Shown here: positions 28,355 through 36,045 of the stretch, piece after piece
Layout of the letters: each line of letters begins with the position of its first letter
How positions within the stretch are numbered: the first letter of the stretch is position 1
Virus record (IMG/VR): IMGVR_UViG_2541047905_000018
Origin: a virus
Lineage: Duplodnaviria > Heunggongvirae > Uroviricota > Caudoviricetes
Direction: 5' to 3' (one strand)
Length of the DNA: 36,344 bases
Position numbers and translations under genes: made by a program
The notes under the pieces: generated by a model
What the model saw: the letters and a program-made list of their open reading frames with translations, nothing else
Told to the model about the DNA's origin: nothing
Databases searched by the model: none

Positions 28355-28744
28355 TCAGGCGGCTGCACCCGCCGTTTTCTCGTACTTACTGATAGTGATC
28401 TCGACCTTCCCTTCCGGGATAACCGGTCCCCACTCCACCAGCATTCTTTTCACCTGGCTGTCGTCTTCCCACACACCCGCGTGGGTCAGGGCGTCAAACA
28501 GCGCCTTGTTATAGTTGTCCAGATCGCGGATCCGGTTATCCGGAGGAAACAACACGATCTCCACTGAAGCAGGTGCCGACGTTGGTTTCGGCAGACGACG
28601 TAACTGCTCAACTATTGCTGTGCACGCCGCACTCTGGAATTTTCGCCCCGCCGCGCTTATCAGGCTCTTACCAGCAAATGCCCCTTTGTTGGGGTGTCGC
28701 CAGTAGGTGTTCACGCTGGGTGGAAAAGGCAGAATCAGCTTCAT
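28355..28744 (-). CDS. rusA: Holliday junction resolvase RusA
   Basis: 129 aa with LPFPPSVNTYWRH and RIRDLDNYNKALFDALTHAGVWEDDSQV, resembling E. coli RusA as recalled. Confidence 0.85.
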   Translation of the reverse strand: MKLILPFPPSVNTYWRHPNKGAFAGKSLISAAGRKFQSAACTAIVEQLRRLPKPTSAPASVEIVLFPPDNRIRDLDNYNKALFDALTHAGVWEDDSQVKRMLVEWGPVIPEGKVEITISKYEKTAGAAA

Positions 28745-29067
28745 ACTTTCAGCCCCCTCTCATGTAACCAGTGGGCTGCACGCAGCCTGGCGTTTTCCTC
28801 ACCAGCAAGCAGTGCGCGGATAATCCCGGCCACCTCGCTGTCGTCGTCCTTCACCGCGGTATGAAGCGTGATGCCCCGGGCCACGCCACGCTTTATCGTG
28901 ATGACGCCTTTTTTCTCCAGTGCGCGAAGATGCTCCACCGCTGCATTCACTGAACGGTATCCCAGCATGGTAGCCACCTCCTGATTGGTTGGCGGGAAGC
29001 CACGTTCTTTCTGGTAAGAAATCAGCATATCCAGCACCTGCTGCTGGCATTGAGTTAACGTCGTCAT
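28741..29067 (-). CDS. LexA N-terminal DNA-binding-domain homologue lacking the S24 peptidase domain
   Basis: MTTLTQCQQQVLDMLISYQKERGFPPTNQEVATMLGYRSVNAAVEHLRALEKKGVI aligns closely with the LexA winged-helix domain as recalled; protein ends after about 108 aa. Confidence 0.7.
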   Translation of the reverse strand: MTTLTQCQQQVLDMLISYQKERGFPPTNQEVATMLGYRSVNAAVEHLRALEKKGVITIKRGVARGITLHTAVKDDDSEVAGIIRALLAGEENARLRAAHWLHERGLKV

Positions 29068-29555
29068 TAAGCCCCCACGTAATTCCCTGACAGATACCAC
29101 TCTTCACCCGATACAGCGCGCTTGCTGCTTTTCCGTAAACACCGCTCACGACGCGCAAGAAAATTGTTTCGCTCTTGCTGGGAGTGGCTTTCACGGAATG
29201 CCGCCATCCACACCGTTGCAGCACGACGGTATAAGCCCCTGGACTCCAGTTCTTCAGCCTGACGGGTCAGGCACAAAATCACCCAGGGGTCGTTAGTGCC
29301 GACATAGAAATTGCTCACAGGTATGGTTTCAAGAACAGGTTGCAGTTTCTCCTCCTGCGATATCTCAGCCTGGTGTGGGAAATGTCTGCGTGTTTTCCCT
29401 TCACAACGGTGAGCCACACGCCCACTCTGACGTAACTTGCTTGCTGACTGCAGTACGCGCTGCCGTGAGTAACCTGCAAAAGCATCCGCAATGTCTCCGG
29501 AAGTACAGCCCGGATGGGCTTCAATGAATTTCTGAACTTCATTCAAAAGACTCAT
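29067..29555 (-). CDS. PerC-like transcriptional regulator (putative)
   Basis: 162 aa; central AEELESRGLYRRAATVWMAAF resembles the PerC/Pch signature as recalled; stop overlaps the start of the LexA-DBD gene. Confidence 0.45.
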   Translation of the reverse strand: MSLLNEVQKFIEAHPGCTSGDIADAFAGYSRQRVLQSASKLRQSGRVAHRCEGKTRRHFPHQAEISQEEKLQPVLETIPVSNFYVGTNDPWVILCLTRQAEELESRGLYRRAATVWMAAFRESHSQQERNNFLARRERCLRKSSKRAVSGEEWYLSGNYVGA

Positions 29556-29557
29556 GA

Positions 29558-30499
29558 TCACCCCCTGAATCCTTCCGGGATCTGGCTGTAGTCCACGTTG
29601 TCGTAACTGGCTTTGAAGTACGGGTCCTCACGTTTTTCTGTGTGCGTGCTGACGGACGGCGATAAGCGCAGGGAAAGCTCATCCCATTTTTCCCGCAACT
29701 TCGACGGGCTGAGCACGTTACGGCACCAGAACGGATCACGGCTGACGCGGCTGTACATCTCGCAGATTTGTTTGTGAGTACGACCATCCTGCACACACAT
29801 CAGGCGAATTTCGTTTGCCCATGCTGTCCAGTTCGGTTCTTTGGGACGAACCACCTCGCCGTCACATTCGGCGGCCTGCTCGTACAGGGCGATGATTTTT
29901 TTCCAGAGCCACTGTGCGCAGGTCAAATCATCCTGCGTTCCCCACTGGCGCTTTTTAGGGCTGAATACAACCGCATCAGGATGGCGAGTTAAAAAATCCT
30001 GTTCAGCCGTCTGCGTGTCCGGTTGCAAAGCGTCCGGACGAGAAGGTTTTTTATCTGACGGATCATGTTTTGATTTTACTGACGGATCCCCGCCAGATTC
30101 TGACGGGTGAAAACACGCTTTTTTGCCAGATTTCGACGCATCAAATTTTGACGGGTCAGATTTTGATGCGTCAGATTTTGACGGGTCAGAATCTGACAGT
30201 TGAGAAAATGCCGCAGCCTGAAGCTTCGCAACGTTAAGCTGATAAACATTCGACGCATTGCGGTTACCCTGGCGACGCGCCTTACGCGTTAACCAGCCTT
30301 CTGCTTCCAGCCGTGCGATAGCCGTTCTGACGGTACTCATCCCCGCGCCAATCTGGCGGGCAATGGTTTCAATTGATGGCCAGCACACACCCTCGTCATT
30401 ACTGAAATCAGCCAGACGGGCCATAATTGCCACACTGGATAATTTCATGCCTGACGCTGCGCAACCATCCCATACATAGCCGGTTAATTTGGTGCTCAC
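29558..30499 (-). CDS. Replication initiator (lambda O-like N-terminal HTH) containing origin iterons
   Basis: 313 aa with N-terminal helix-turn-helix; central SD(P/A)SKSD repeat encoded by tandem iterons. Confidence 0.7.
   Translation of the reverse strand: MSTKLTGYVWDGCAASGMKLSSVAIMARLADFSNDEGVCWPSIETIARQIGAGMSTVRTAIARLEAEGWLTRKARRQGNRNASNVYQLNVAKLQAAAFSQLSDSDPSKSDASKSDPSKFDASKSGKKACFHPSESGGDPSVKSKHDPSDKKPSRPDALQPDTQTAEQDFLTRHPDAVVFSPKKRQWGTQDDLTCAQWLWKKIIALYEQAAECDGEVVRPKEPNWTAWANEIRLMCVQDGRTHKQICEMYSRVSRDPFWCRNVLSPSKLREKWDELSLRLSPSVSTHTEKREDPYFKASYDNVDYSQIPEGFRG
30066..30203. repeat. Origin-type iteron array: about seven tandem 15-18 bp repeats (GATTTTGACGGGTCA consensus)
   Basis: Three near-perfect tandem copies at 30144..30188 flanked by degenerate copies, inside the O-like gene. 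Confidence 0.7.
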
Positions 30500-31353
30500 T
30501 TACGCACCTCCTTATGCTTTTCGTTCAGTTCCGAGTCCACCAGCCCGGCAACGAATACACCATCGTTGATGTAGTCGTAGAGCGATGAAGCCAGCGGAGA
30601 CTGAACTGAAACCAGCATCGGATAAAGTTGTTCTAACCAAACGCGGTGAATTTCAGCCATGTAGAGGTAAACAACGTGGGCATTGTGCGCGACACATGAA
30701 GTATCAACCTTTCCGATCAGCGCCTGTTCCATCTGGTTAAAGGCATTGATGTATGCCTCTTTGAACTGGGCAGCACGTTTACCCGTGAAACCCATAGCAA
30801 GAAACGCAAAGCCATCGCGGGTTATTTGATAGCAAGGTAGTTTGCGAGTACCGCCGTTGGGCTGGCGTACCAAAATTGATGTCTCCGCAAAATTGCGGGC
30901 ACAAAACTCTGGAGAACAATCCAAAATGCGAATCTTTTTCAGAACATCGTCATGACGTTTAGAGAAGAAGTCAGCAACAGCCAAAGAAGATGTAACAGCC
31001 TGACCATCAACGATGGCAATTTCAGGTTGAGAGAGGGTTGGGAGAGTAGTCATAGTGACAGCCCCGGTAGTCAGTTTTTTAGAAAACTCACCACATGGGA
31101 CGCCAATCACAGAGGTGGTGAGACGTACAGGGTTGGCGTTACCGGAGACTACCGAACCCGGCCCGACCGAAGTCGGCCCTGTACGCCCCACCATAATTTG
31201 GGCGTAGCAATGCTCATGACACGAAAAAACCGCATGAGCGCGGTTATGCTCAGTAATCAATTTCAGGACGCCAATCCCGGCAACGGATTTTGCCGCTGCC
31301 AGAACAATATAACGCCCAGAATTATCAGAATCAATCATTACTGGTTTGCTCAT
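30496..31353 (-). CDS. Rha-family phage regulatory protein with about 100-aa N-terminal extension (start uncertain)
   Basis: Rha-like region begins at internal Met (31053, MTTLPTLSQPEIAIVDGQAVTSSLAVADFFSKRHDDVLKKI); the ORF is open upstream to ATG 31353. Confidence 0.55.
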   Translation of the reverse strand: MSKPVMIDSDNSGRYIVLAAAKSVAGIGVLKLITEHNRAHAVFSCHEHCYAQIMVGRTGPTSVGPGSVVSGNANPVRLTTSVIGVPCGEFSKKLTTGAVTMTTLPTLSQPEIAIVDGQAVTSSLAVADFFSKRHDDVLKKIRILDCSPEFCARNFAETSILVRQPNGGTRKLPCYQITRDGFAFLAMGFTGKRAAQFKEAYINAFNQMEQALIGKVDTSCVAHNAHVVYLYMAEIHRVWLEQLYPMLVSVQSPLASSLYDYINDGVFVAGLVDSELNEKHKEVRK

Positions 31354-31522
31354 GATCGTCCCTTATCTCCCTGAACTTTTGCCTGAAATGCTCAAGCGGG
31401 CTGAAGCATTCATGTTCATAGCCTTCACGGAGGTAGATAACCCGTTGTGTTTCCGGCTCCCAACGAATGACTCTGACGGGCACTCCGTAGTGATCTTTGA
31501 ACCAGCGGTTAACTTGTCGCAA
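31331..31522 (-). CDS. DUF4222-like small protein (putative, TTG start)
   Basis: 63 aa from TTG with AGGAG SD: [40 protein letters not shown]...; family from memory. Confidence 0.4.
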   Translation of the reverse strand: MRQVNRWFKDHYGVPVRVIRWEPETQRVIYLREGYEHECFSPLEHFRQKFREIRDDHEQTSND

Positions 31523-31701
31523 AGGACTGTCTCCTTCTGCCGGTTGAAATCCCCCACAGCCCACTCTGCAAAGCAGTGGGTTACAATTTCCCTGTCACCT
31601 GGTACATTCACTGCATAGCAATACTCCACCTTCGCTTTTCCACCCGGTACAGGAAGCGCAATCAGTTGCGAGCGACGGTAGTGTGTTGTTAAACTGTTCA
31701 T
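31363..31701 (-). CDS. Hypothetical ORF coupled to the YdaT-like gene (conflicts with the DUF4222-like call)
   Basis: ATG overlaps the upstream stop (ATGA); C-terminal half is low-complexity and overlaps the DUF4222-like frame by about 160 nt. Confidence 0.3.
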   Translation of the reverse strand: MNSLTTHYRRSQLIALPVPGGKAKVEYCYAVNVPGDREIVTHCFAEWAVGDFNRQKETVLCDKLTAGSKITTECPSESFVGSRKHNGLSTSVKAMNMNASARLSISGKSSGR

Positions 31702-32339
31702 GCGTTAGTTTCTCCACAACCAGAAGCAATCGACGCCACGACGCCCGGAGCTGCACACTCGCGGGCGTTACTCTTTTCCGGCGCACAAAAAACACGAAAT
31801 AACAGTGTTAAATGCTCCTGCCACTTCGCCATTACTTGGTAGCTGTTCTCTTCGATTTGCTCACGCTCAGCTTGGTCAATAACTCCATCAGCAGTTGCCT
31901 TGCGTAAGTACTGGGAATGCTTGCCAATCCATTCTATTGACTCCATCAGCCGCTGATTAATGTCACCATTGTCAATGTCATCAATGACCACCAGCGGCAC
32001 AAACACCCCATTACTACGACGGGCTATTGCATCCGTTACATGCCTGGTACCACTGGCATCCTGTAAAACCATGGCCCACTCAAGTGGAAAAATTTGATCC
32101 CCACCGCTACGCAGTCTGTTATGCAATTGATCTTTTGCTGGGGTGATATCATCAGATTTATACAAACCAAGAATTTCTGCTGCTTCCTCATAGCCATGAG
32201 GTAAATCAGCAATCGTTCTTCGTATTGCTGCCACCAGCCATGCTGGTTGCTTATCAACTTTCCATTCAGGTTCTTTACCCACGTTTAAGCCCTCATATCT
32301 GTGGTTTCTGTAAATCGATTTATCCATTAGATTTTTCAT
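31698..32339 (-). CDS. cII-position protein, YdaT-like (putative)
   Basis: 213 aa immediately downstream of a YdaS/Cro-type gene; start taken at ATG 32339 (MKNLMDK). Confidence 0.4.
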   Translation of the reverse strand: MKNLMDKSIYRNHRYEGLNVGKEPEWKVDKQPAWLVAAIRRTIADLPHGYEEAAEILGLYKSDDITPAKDQLHNRLRSGGDQIFPLEWAMVLQDASGTRHVTDAIARRSNGVFVPLVVIDDIDNGDINQRLMESIEWIGKHSQYLRKATADGVIDQAEREQIEENSYQVMAKWQEHLTLLFRVFCAPEKSNARECAAPGVVASIASGCGETNA

Positions 32340-32520
32340 AAAGCTCAGGTTTAAATGGCAACCGTCCGCAAGTTCTATATGCAGCCTCTGCTGCACGTCC
32401 TTTTGGAATTAACTGGCCAGGACGGTTTCGCCACTGATAAACGGCTTCAGTTGTTATGCCGAAAAAAGCAGCAACTTTCTCAATGCTGCCGAAGTAGCTT
32501 TCGATATCGTCAGTCGTCAT
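32320..32520 (-). CDS. cro: Cro-like repressor (YdaS/Cro HTH family)
   Basis: 66 aa, divergent from cI; AAFFGITTEAVYQWRNR helix-turn-helix. Confidence 0.75.
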   Translation of the reverse strand: MTTDDIESYFGSIEKVAAFFGITTEAVYQWRNRPGQLIPKGRAAEAAYRTCGRLPFKPELYEKSNG

Positions 32521-32617
32521 ATGCCCTCCAAACTAAGTTTTATTAGATGTTAATTATCAATCTATCTTAGGTCAATAAAAACTAAGATTACTTAGTAATT
32601 AAAGAAATGGTGCTCCT
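32521..32617. promoter_or_regulatory. Right operator/divergent promoter region (PR/PRM) between cro and cI
   Basis: Perfect palindrome ACTAAGATTACTTAGT (32581..32596), CTTAG-N11-CTAAG and CTAAG-N5-TTAG in a 97-bp AT-rich intergenic region. Confidence 0.65.
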
Positions 32618-33244
32618 ATGGAAACGGTTGGTCAGCGTATAAAAGCTCTGAGAAGAGTTACCAGAACGTCCCAGAAAGAATTGGGTAAATTTTGTGGAGT
32701 AAGTGACGTTGCTGTGGGGTACTGGGAGAAAGACATCAATGTCCCTGGTGGGGAAGCACTTTCAAAATTAGCGAAGTTCTTCAATACGTCAATAGATTAC
32801 ATTCTTTATGGTGCGGAGTTTGAAGGCAAACTCGTCACAAACATGCGCAGAGTTCCTGTAATCTCGTGGGTTCAGGCTGGGCAGTTTACTGAGTGCAGGA
32901 CAGCAGAAGTGTTTAGTGAAGTAGACAAGTGGGTAGATACATCATTAAAGATTGGTGATAACTCATTTGCATTGGAGGTTAAAGGCGACTCCATGACTAA
33001 CCCTAACGGCCTCCCAACAATACCAGAAGGCGCAACAGTGATTGTAGATCCTGATGCAGAACCCCGGCATGGAAAAATAGTCATCGCTAGACTTGATGGA
33101 ACAAACGAAGCCACAGTAAAAAAATTAGTTATCGATGGCCCTCAAAAGTTTTTAGTGCCATTAAATCCCCGGTACCCCAACATCCCGATCAATGGTAATT
33201 GCCTCATCATTGGTGTAGTCAAAGGAGTTCAATACGAACTCTAG
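32618..33244 (+). CDS. cI: CI-type prophage repressor (N-terminal XRE HTH plus C-terminal LexA-like S24 peptidase)
   Basis: 208 aa; HTH near N-terminus; C-terminal GDSM...K autocleavage-type domain (VKGDSMTNPNG...ATVKKL). Confidence 0.88.
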   Translation: METVGQRIKALRRVTRTSQKELGKFCGVSDVAVGYWEKDINVPGGEALSKLAKFFNTSIDYILYGAEFEGKLVTNMRRVPVISWVQAGQFTECRTAEVFSEVDKWVDTSLKIGDNSFALEVKGDSMTNPNGLPTIPEGATVIVDPDAEPRHGKIVIARLDGTNEATVKKLVIDGPQKFLVPLNPRYPNIPINGNCLIIGVVKGVQYEL

Positions 33245-33262
33245 CCCCCCTTTTCTCTAACC

Positions 33263-33325
33263 AAAACACCGAACTAAGAAAAGTTTGGTGTTTTCTCTTG
33301 CCATCAAAACTAAGTTAAGTTAGAT
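33263..33325. promoter_or_regulatory. Hairpin plus further CTAAG operator-like half-sites downstream of cI (candidate left operator or cI terminator)
   Basis: AAAACACC-16 nt-GGTGTTTT hairpin with AACTAAG in the loop, then AAACTAAGTTAAGTTAG. Confidence 0.4.
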
Positions 33326-33477
33326 TTTATATCAAAGATAACGAACAGGCAGGACGCCCACGAAGTAGCCGCCCGGGGCATATGAAGTCCAGGATGATTC
33401 GTTAGCAACAAAAAAGCGCCCTACAGGACGCTTAGCTCTTTAACAATCTTGGTATCCCCGTAACAAAAGAGGGTTCT

Positions 33478-33771
33478 ATGGTCATATTCTGTGCTTACGT
33501 TCATCCTAATGGATTTTTTATCAGCACCAACCAACAAGACGAATTCTGGATTCTACTTAGTAAGCAGGTCGGATGGGGACGATTCTGTCTAATCCGACCA
33601 GAATCAGAATTTACAGAGAATGGAGGGCTTTTTGAATTACGTGAAATACGTCCGGCAGATGGTCAAGCCCCTGACCAAGTAATCGAATCGTCAGCTGTTT
33701 TATGGCGTCGGCAGGAAGCGTTCGAAGCTGAGAGAGTAATTTCTTCTTATCTTCAGTCGTGGCAGAAGTAG
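33478..33771 (+). CDS. Hypothetical protein B2 (97 aa), paralogue of B1, co-directional with cI
   Basis: AGAGGG SD; about 44% identity to B1 over the conserved core (FW..LS...GWG.F.LIRP..EF...GGLFEL). Confidence 0.65.
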   Translation: MVIFCAYVHPNGFFISTNQQDEFWILLSKQVGWGRFCLIRPESEFTENGGLFELREIRPADGQAPDQVIESSAVLWRRQEAFEAERVISSYLQSWQK

Positions 33772-34114
33772 AACTATTGATGATACGTTCAAGTTCACAG
33801 AGAGTCTCATCATGCAATCTTATTGTCATAATCCCAAGAATAGCTTTAAGACCTCCATCATCACGAATGAAATCAATTCCATCTTTAGTAATTCTTAATT
33901 CAGGAATATTTATATTTATGCCATCCAAGTAATAATCAAGAGCATTCTTAATCAAGCCATGTTCTTCGAGATAAATTAAGTTCGAAATTAGGACATTATC
34001 ATCTCCAAATGCGTCACGAACAGACTGCAACGCATCATCAGAAATTTCATAAGGATGAGCATCATACAGTATTTGTAACAACTGCCTTTGTGCACTTCTA
34101 TCAAATTTGTCCAT
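33611..34114 (-). CDS. Hypothetical protein A2 (167 aa), paralogue of A1, convergent with B2
   Basis: Conserved with A1 (ITKDGIDFIRDDGGLKAIL, LRTLPADAIKQLT); 3' end overlaps B2 by about 160 bp on the opposite strand. Confidence 0.7.
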   Translation of the reverse strand: MDKFDRSAQRQLLQILYDAHPYEISDDALQSVRDAFGDDNVLISNLIYLEEHGLIKNALDYYLDGININIPELRITKDGIDFIRDDGGLKAILGIMTIRLHDETLCELERIINSSTSATTEDKKKLLSQLRTLPADAIKQLTIRLLGQGLDHLPDVFHVIQKALHSL

Positions 34115-34394
34115 CTTAAATAATCACCATGTTATTGGGGGTATCAAGATTAACCGAATCCTTGTTGTTGGGGAATAACCAGGTCCACCTCGCCTGATGT
34201 GGCTAAAAGCAGGCACATAACAGCTAAGTATTTTCAACCAGAGAGAATCCTTAGCGTTGTGGTGAATGCGGCTCAGCGCACGCGGGTTAAGGTTGAGGCT
34301 GACAGTCGACCTTCTGTGGATACCCACCCGCCTGGTGTGCAACCTTCGCCAGGCACCGGGAGGCACCCGGCACCACAACAGCCACTGCTTTGGC

Positions 34395-34438
34395 GGTACC
34401 AGTTTGTACACTTGCTTCCGGCTGGTACCGCTCTTTTT
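34395..34438 (+). terminator. Hairpin plus T-tract (plus-strand terminator; T-tract doubles as a boxA-like CGCTCTTTTTAC)
   Basis: GGTACCAG-19 nt-CTGGTACC followed by GCTCTTTTTAC. Confidence 0.45.
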
Positions 34439-34575
34439 ACAAAACAGAGAAGAGCATCACCGGACGACGGGCTCATAACCCAATCCATCCGGGCGGCTGC
34501 CACCGCAGGTGTTCTTCTCTGTTTTGTGGAGAAACCAACCGACCTTGCAGGGTCGATATGATGAGGAGCAGCAAA

Positions 34576-34938
34576 ATGGCTAGCGAACGCAGTACTGATG
34601 TGCAGGCATTTATCGGGGAGCTGGACGGCGGCGTATTTGAAACCAAAATCGGCGCAGTTCTCAGTGAAGTCGCTTCCGGTGTGATGAACACGAAAACCAA
34701 AGGTAAGGTCTCGCTCAACCTGGAAATCGAACCGTTTGATGAGAACCGTGTGAAAATCAAACACAAACTCTCATATGTTCGCCCGACTAACCGCGGGAAA
34801 ATTTCTGAAGAAGACACCACCGAAACGCCGATGTATGTCAATCGCGGTGGTCGCCTGACTATTCTGCAGGAAGACCAGGGACAATTACTGACTCTTGCCG
34901 GTGAGCCTGACGGAAAACTCCGCGCAGCAGGTCATTAA
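34576..34938 (+). CDS. YfdP-like early-left protein (120 aa)
   Basis: ATG with GAGGAG SD 7 nt upstream; length and synteny match K-12 CPS-53 yfdP as recalled. Confidence 0.55.
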   Translation: MASERSTDVQAFIGELDGGVFETKIGAVLSEVASGVMNTKTKGKVSLNLEIEPFDENRVKIKHKLSYVRPTNRGKISEEDTTETPMYVNRGGRLTILQEDQGQLLTLAGEPDGKLRAAGH

Positions 34939-35003
34939 TATCGTTCTTAATTAACTGATTATTTATCTCATCACTGAATATCTTAATATAGTGAGGACTT
35001 ATT

Positions 35004-35828
35004 ATGTCTCAGAACTTAGACGCAACCGCAATTAATCAAATCCATGCCCTTATTTCTGCTCAGGGTGTTAATGAAATTATCAGTAAGATTGGTGCCGATG
35101 CTGTGGCATTGCCTGAGAATTTCCGCATTCATGATCTGGAAAAATTTAATTTAAATCGCTTCCGTTTCCGTGGTGCGCTTTCCACTGCCAGCATCGATGA
35201 CTTTACCCGTTATTCTAAAGATCTTGCAGATGAAGGCACCCGCTGCTTTATCGATGCCGATAATATGCGAGCCATCAGTGTGCTTAACCTGGGTACTATT
35301 GATGAACCAGGTCACGCAGATAACACCGCCACTCTCAAACTGAAAAAGACAGCACCGTTCTCTGCCCTGCTGTCTGTTAATGGCGAGCGTAACTCCCAGA
35401 AGTCACTGGCAGAATGGATTGAAGACTGGGCCGACTATCTTGTGGGCTTTGATGCTAATGGTGACGCTATTAAGGCAACAAAAGCGGCTGCGGCAGTCCG
35501 TAAAATCACGATTGAAGCAAACCAGACCGCTGATTTTGAAGATAATGACTTCAGCGGCAAACGCTCTTTGATGGAGTCTGTCGAAGCGAAAACCAAAGAC
35601 ATTATGCCAGTAGCATTTGAGTTTAAATGCGTTCCGTTTGAAGGCCTGAAAGAACGTCCGTTTAAATTACGCCTCAGCATTATCACTGGTGATCGCCCTG
35701 TACTGGTTCTGCGCATTATTCAGCTGGAAGCAGTGCAGGAAGAAATGGCTAACGAATTTCGTGATCTGCTTGTTGAAAAATTCAAAGACAGCAAAGTAGA
35801 AACCTTTATTGGTACTTTCACCGCCTGA
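35004..35828 (+). CDS. YfdQ-like protein (DUF2303, 274 aa)
   Basis: 274-aa ORF; length and synteny with the following yfdR-like gene; family from memory. Confidence 0.6.
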   Translation: MSQNLDATAINQIHALISAQGVNEIISKIGADAVALPENFRIHDLEKFNLNRFRFRGALSTASIDDFTRYSKDLADEGTRCFIDADNMRAISVLNLGTIDEPGHADNTATLKLKKTAPFSALLSVNGERNSQKSLAEWIEDWADYLVGFDANGDAIKATKAAAAVRKITIEANQTADFEDNDFSGKRSLMESVEAKTKDIMPVAFEFKCVPFEGLKERPFKLRLSIITGDRPVLVLRIIQLEAVQEEMANEFRDLLVEKFKDSKVETFIGTFTA

Positions 35829-35956
35829 TTTCATTACTGCAAATGCCCCTGCGGGGGCATTTATGGAAACGTAATTAACTCAATAATCGCCGGATGGTGC
35901 GGGATTCCTTTTACCCGAATTCAGCGCGGTGCAGCGCATATAAAGTGGAGAACGAA

Positions 35957-36045
35957 ATGTCATTTATTAAAACTTTTTCCGGGAAGCATTTTTATTATGA
36001 CAAGATAAATAAAGACGACATCGTGATTAACGATATGAACCGCCC
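35957..36045 (+). pseudogene. 5' fragment of a yfdR-like HD-domain gene, disrupted by IS insertion after codon 29 (coordinates approximate)
   Basis: MSFIKTFSGKHFYYDKINKDDIVIND then the IS terminus TGAACCGCCCCGGG. Confidence 0.5.

Noticed and set aside
30066-30203. Possible CRISPR array (short tandem repeats)
   Set aside because: Repeats are contiguous 15-18 bp units with no spacers, lie inside the replication initiator ORF and encode its linker; they are origin iterons.
34199-34561. 120-aa plus-strand ORF (and overlapping ORFs on both strands) in the GC-rich gap, considered as a possible N antiterminator
   Set aside because: Pro/Arg/Gly-rich low-complexity translations in several overlapping frames, no arginine-rich motif of the N type and no SD; region treated as non-coding structured DNA/RNA.
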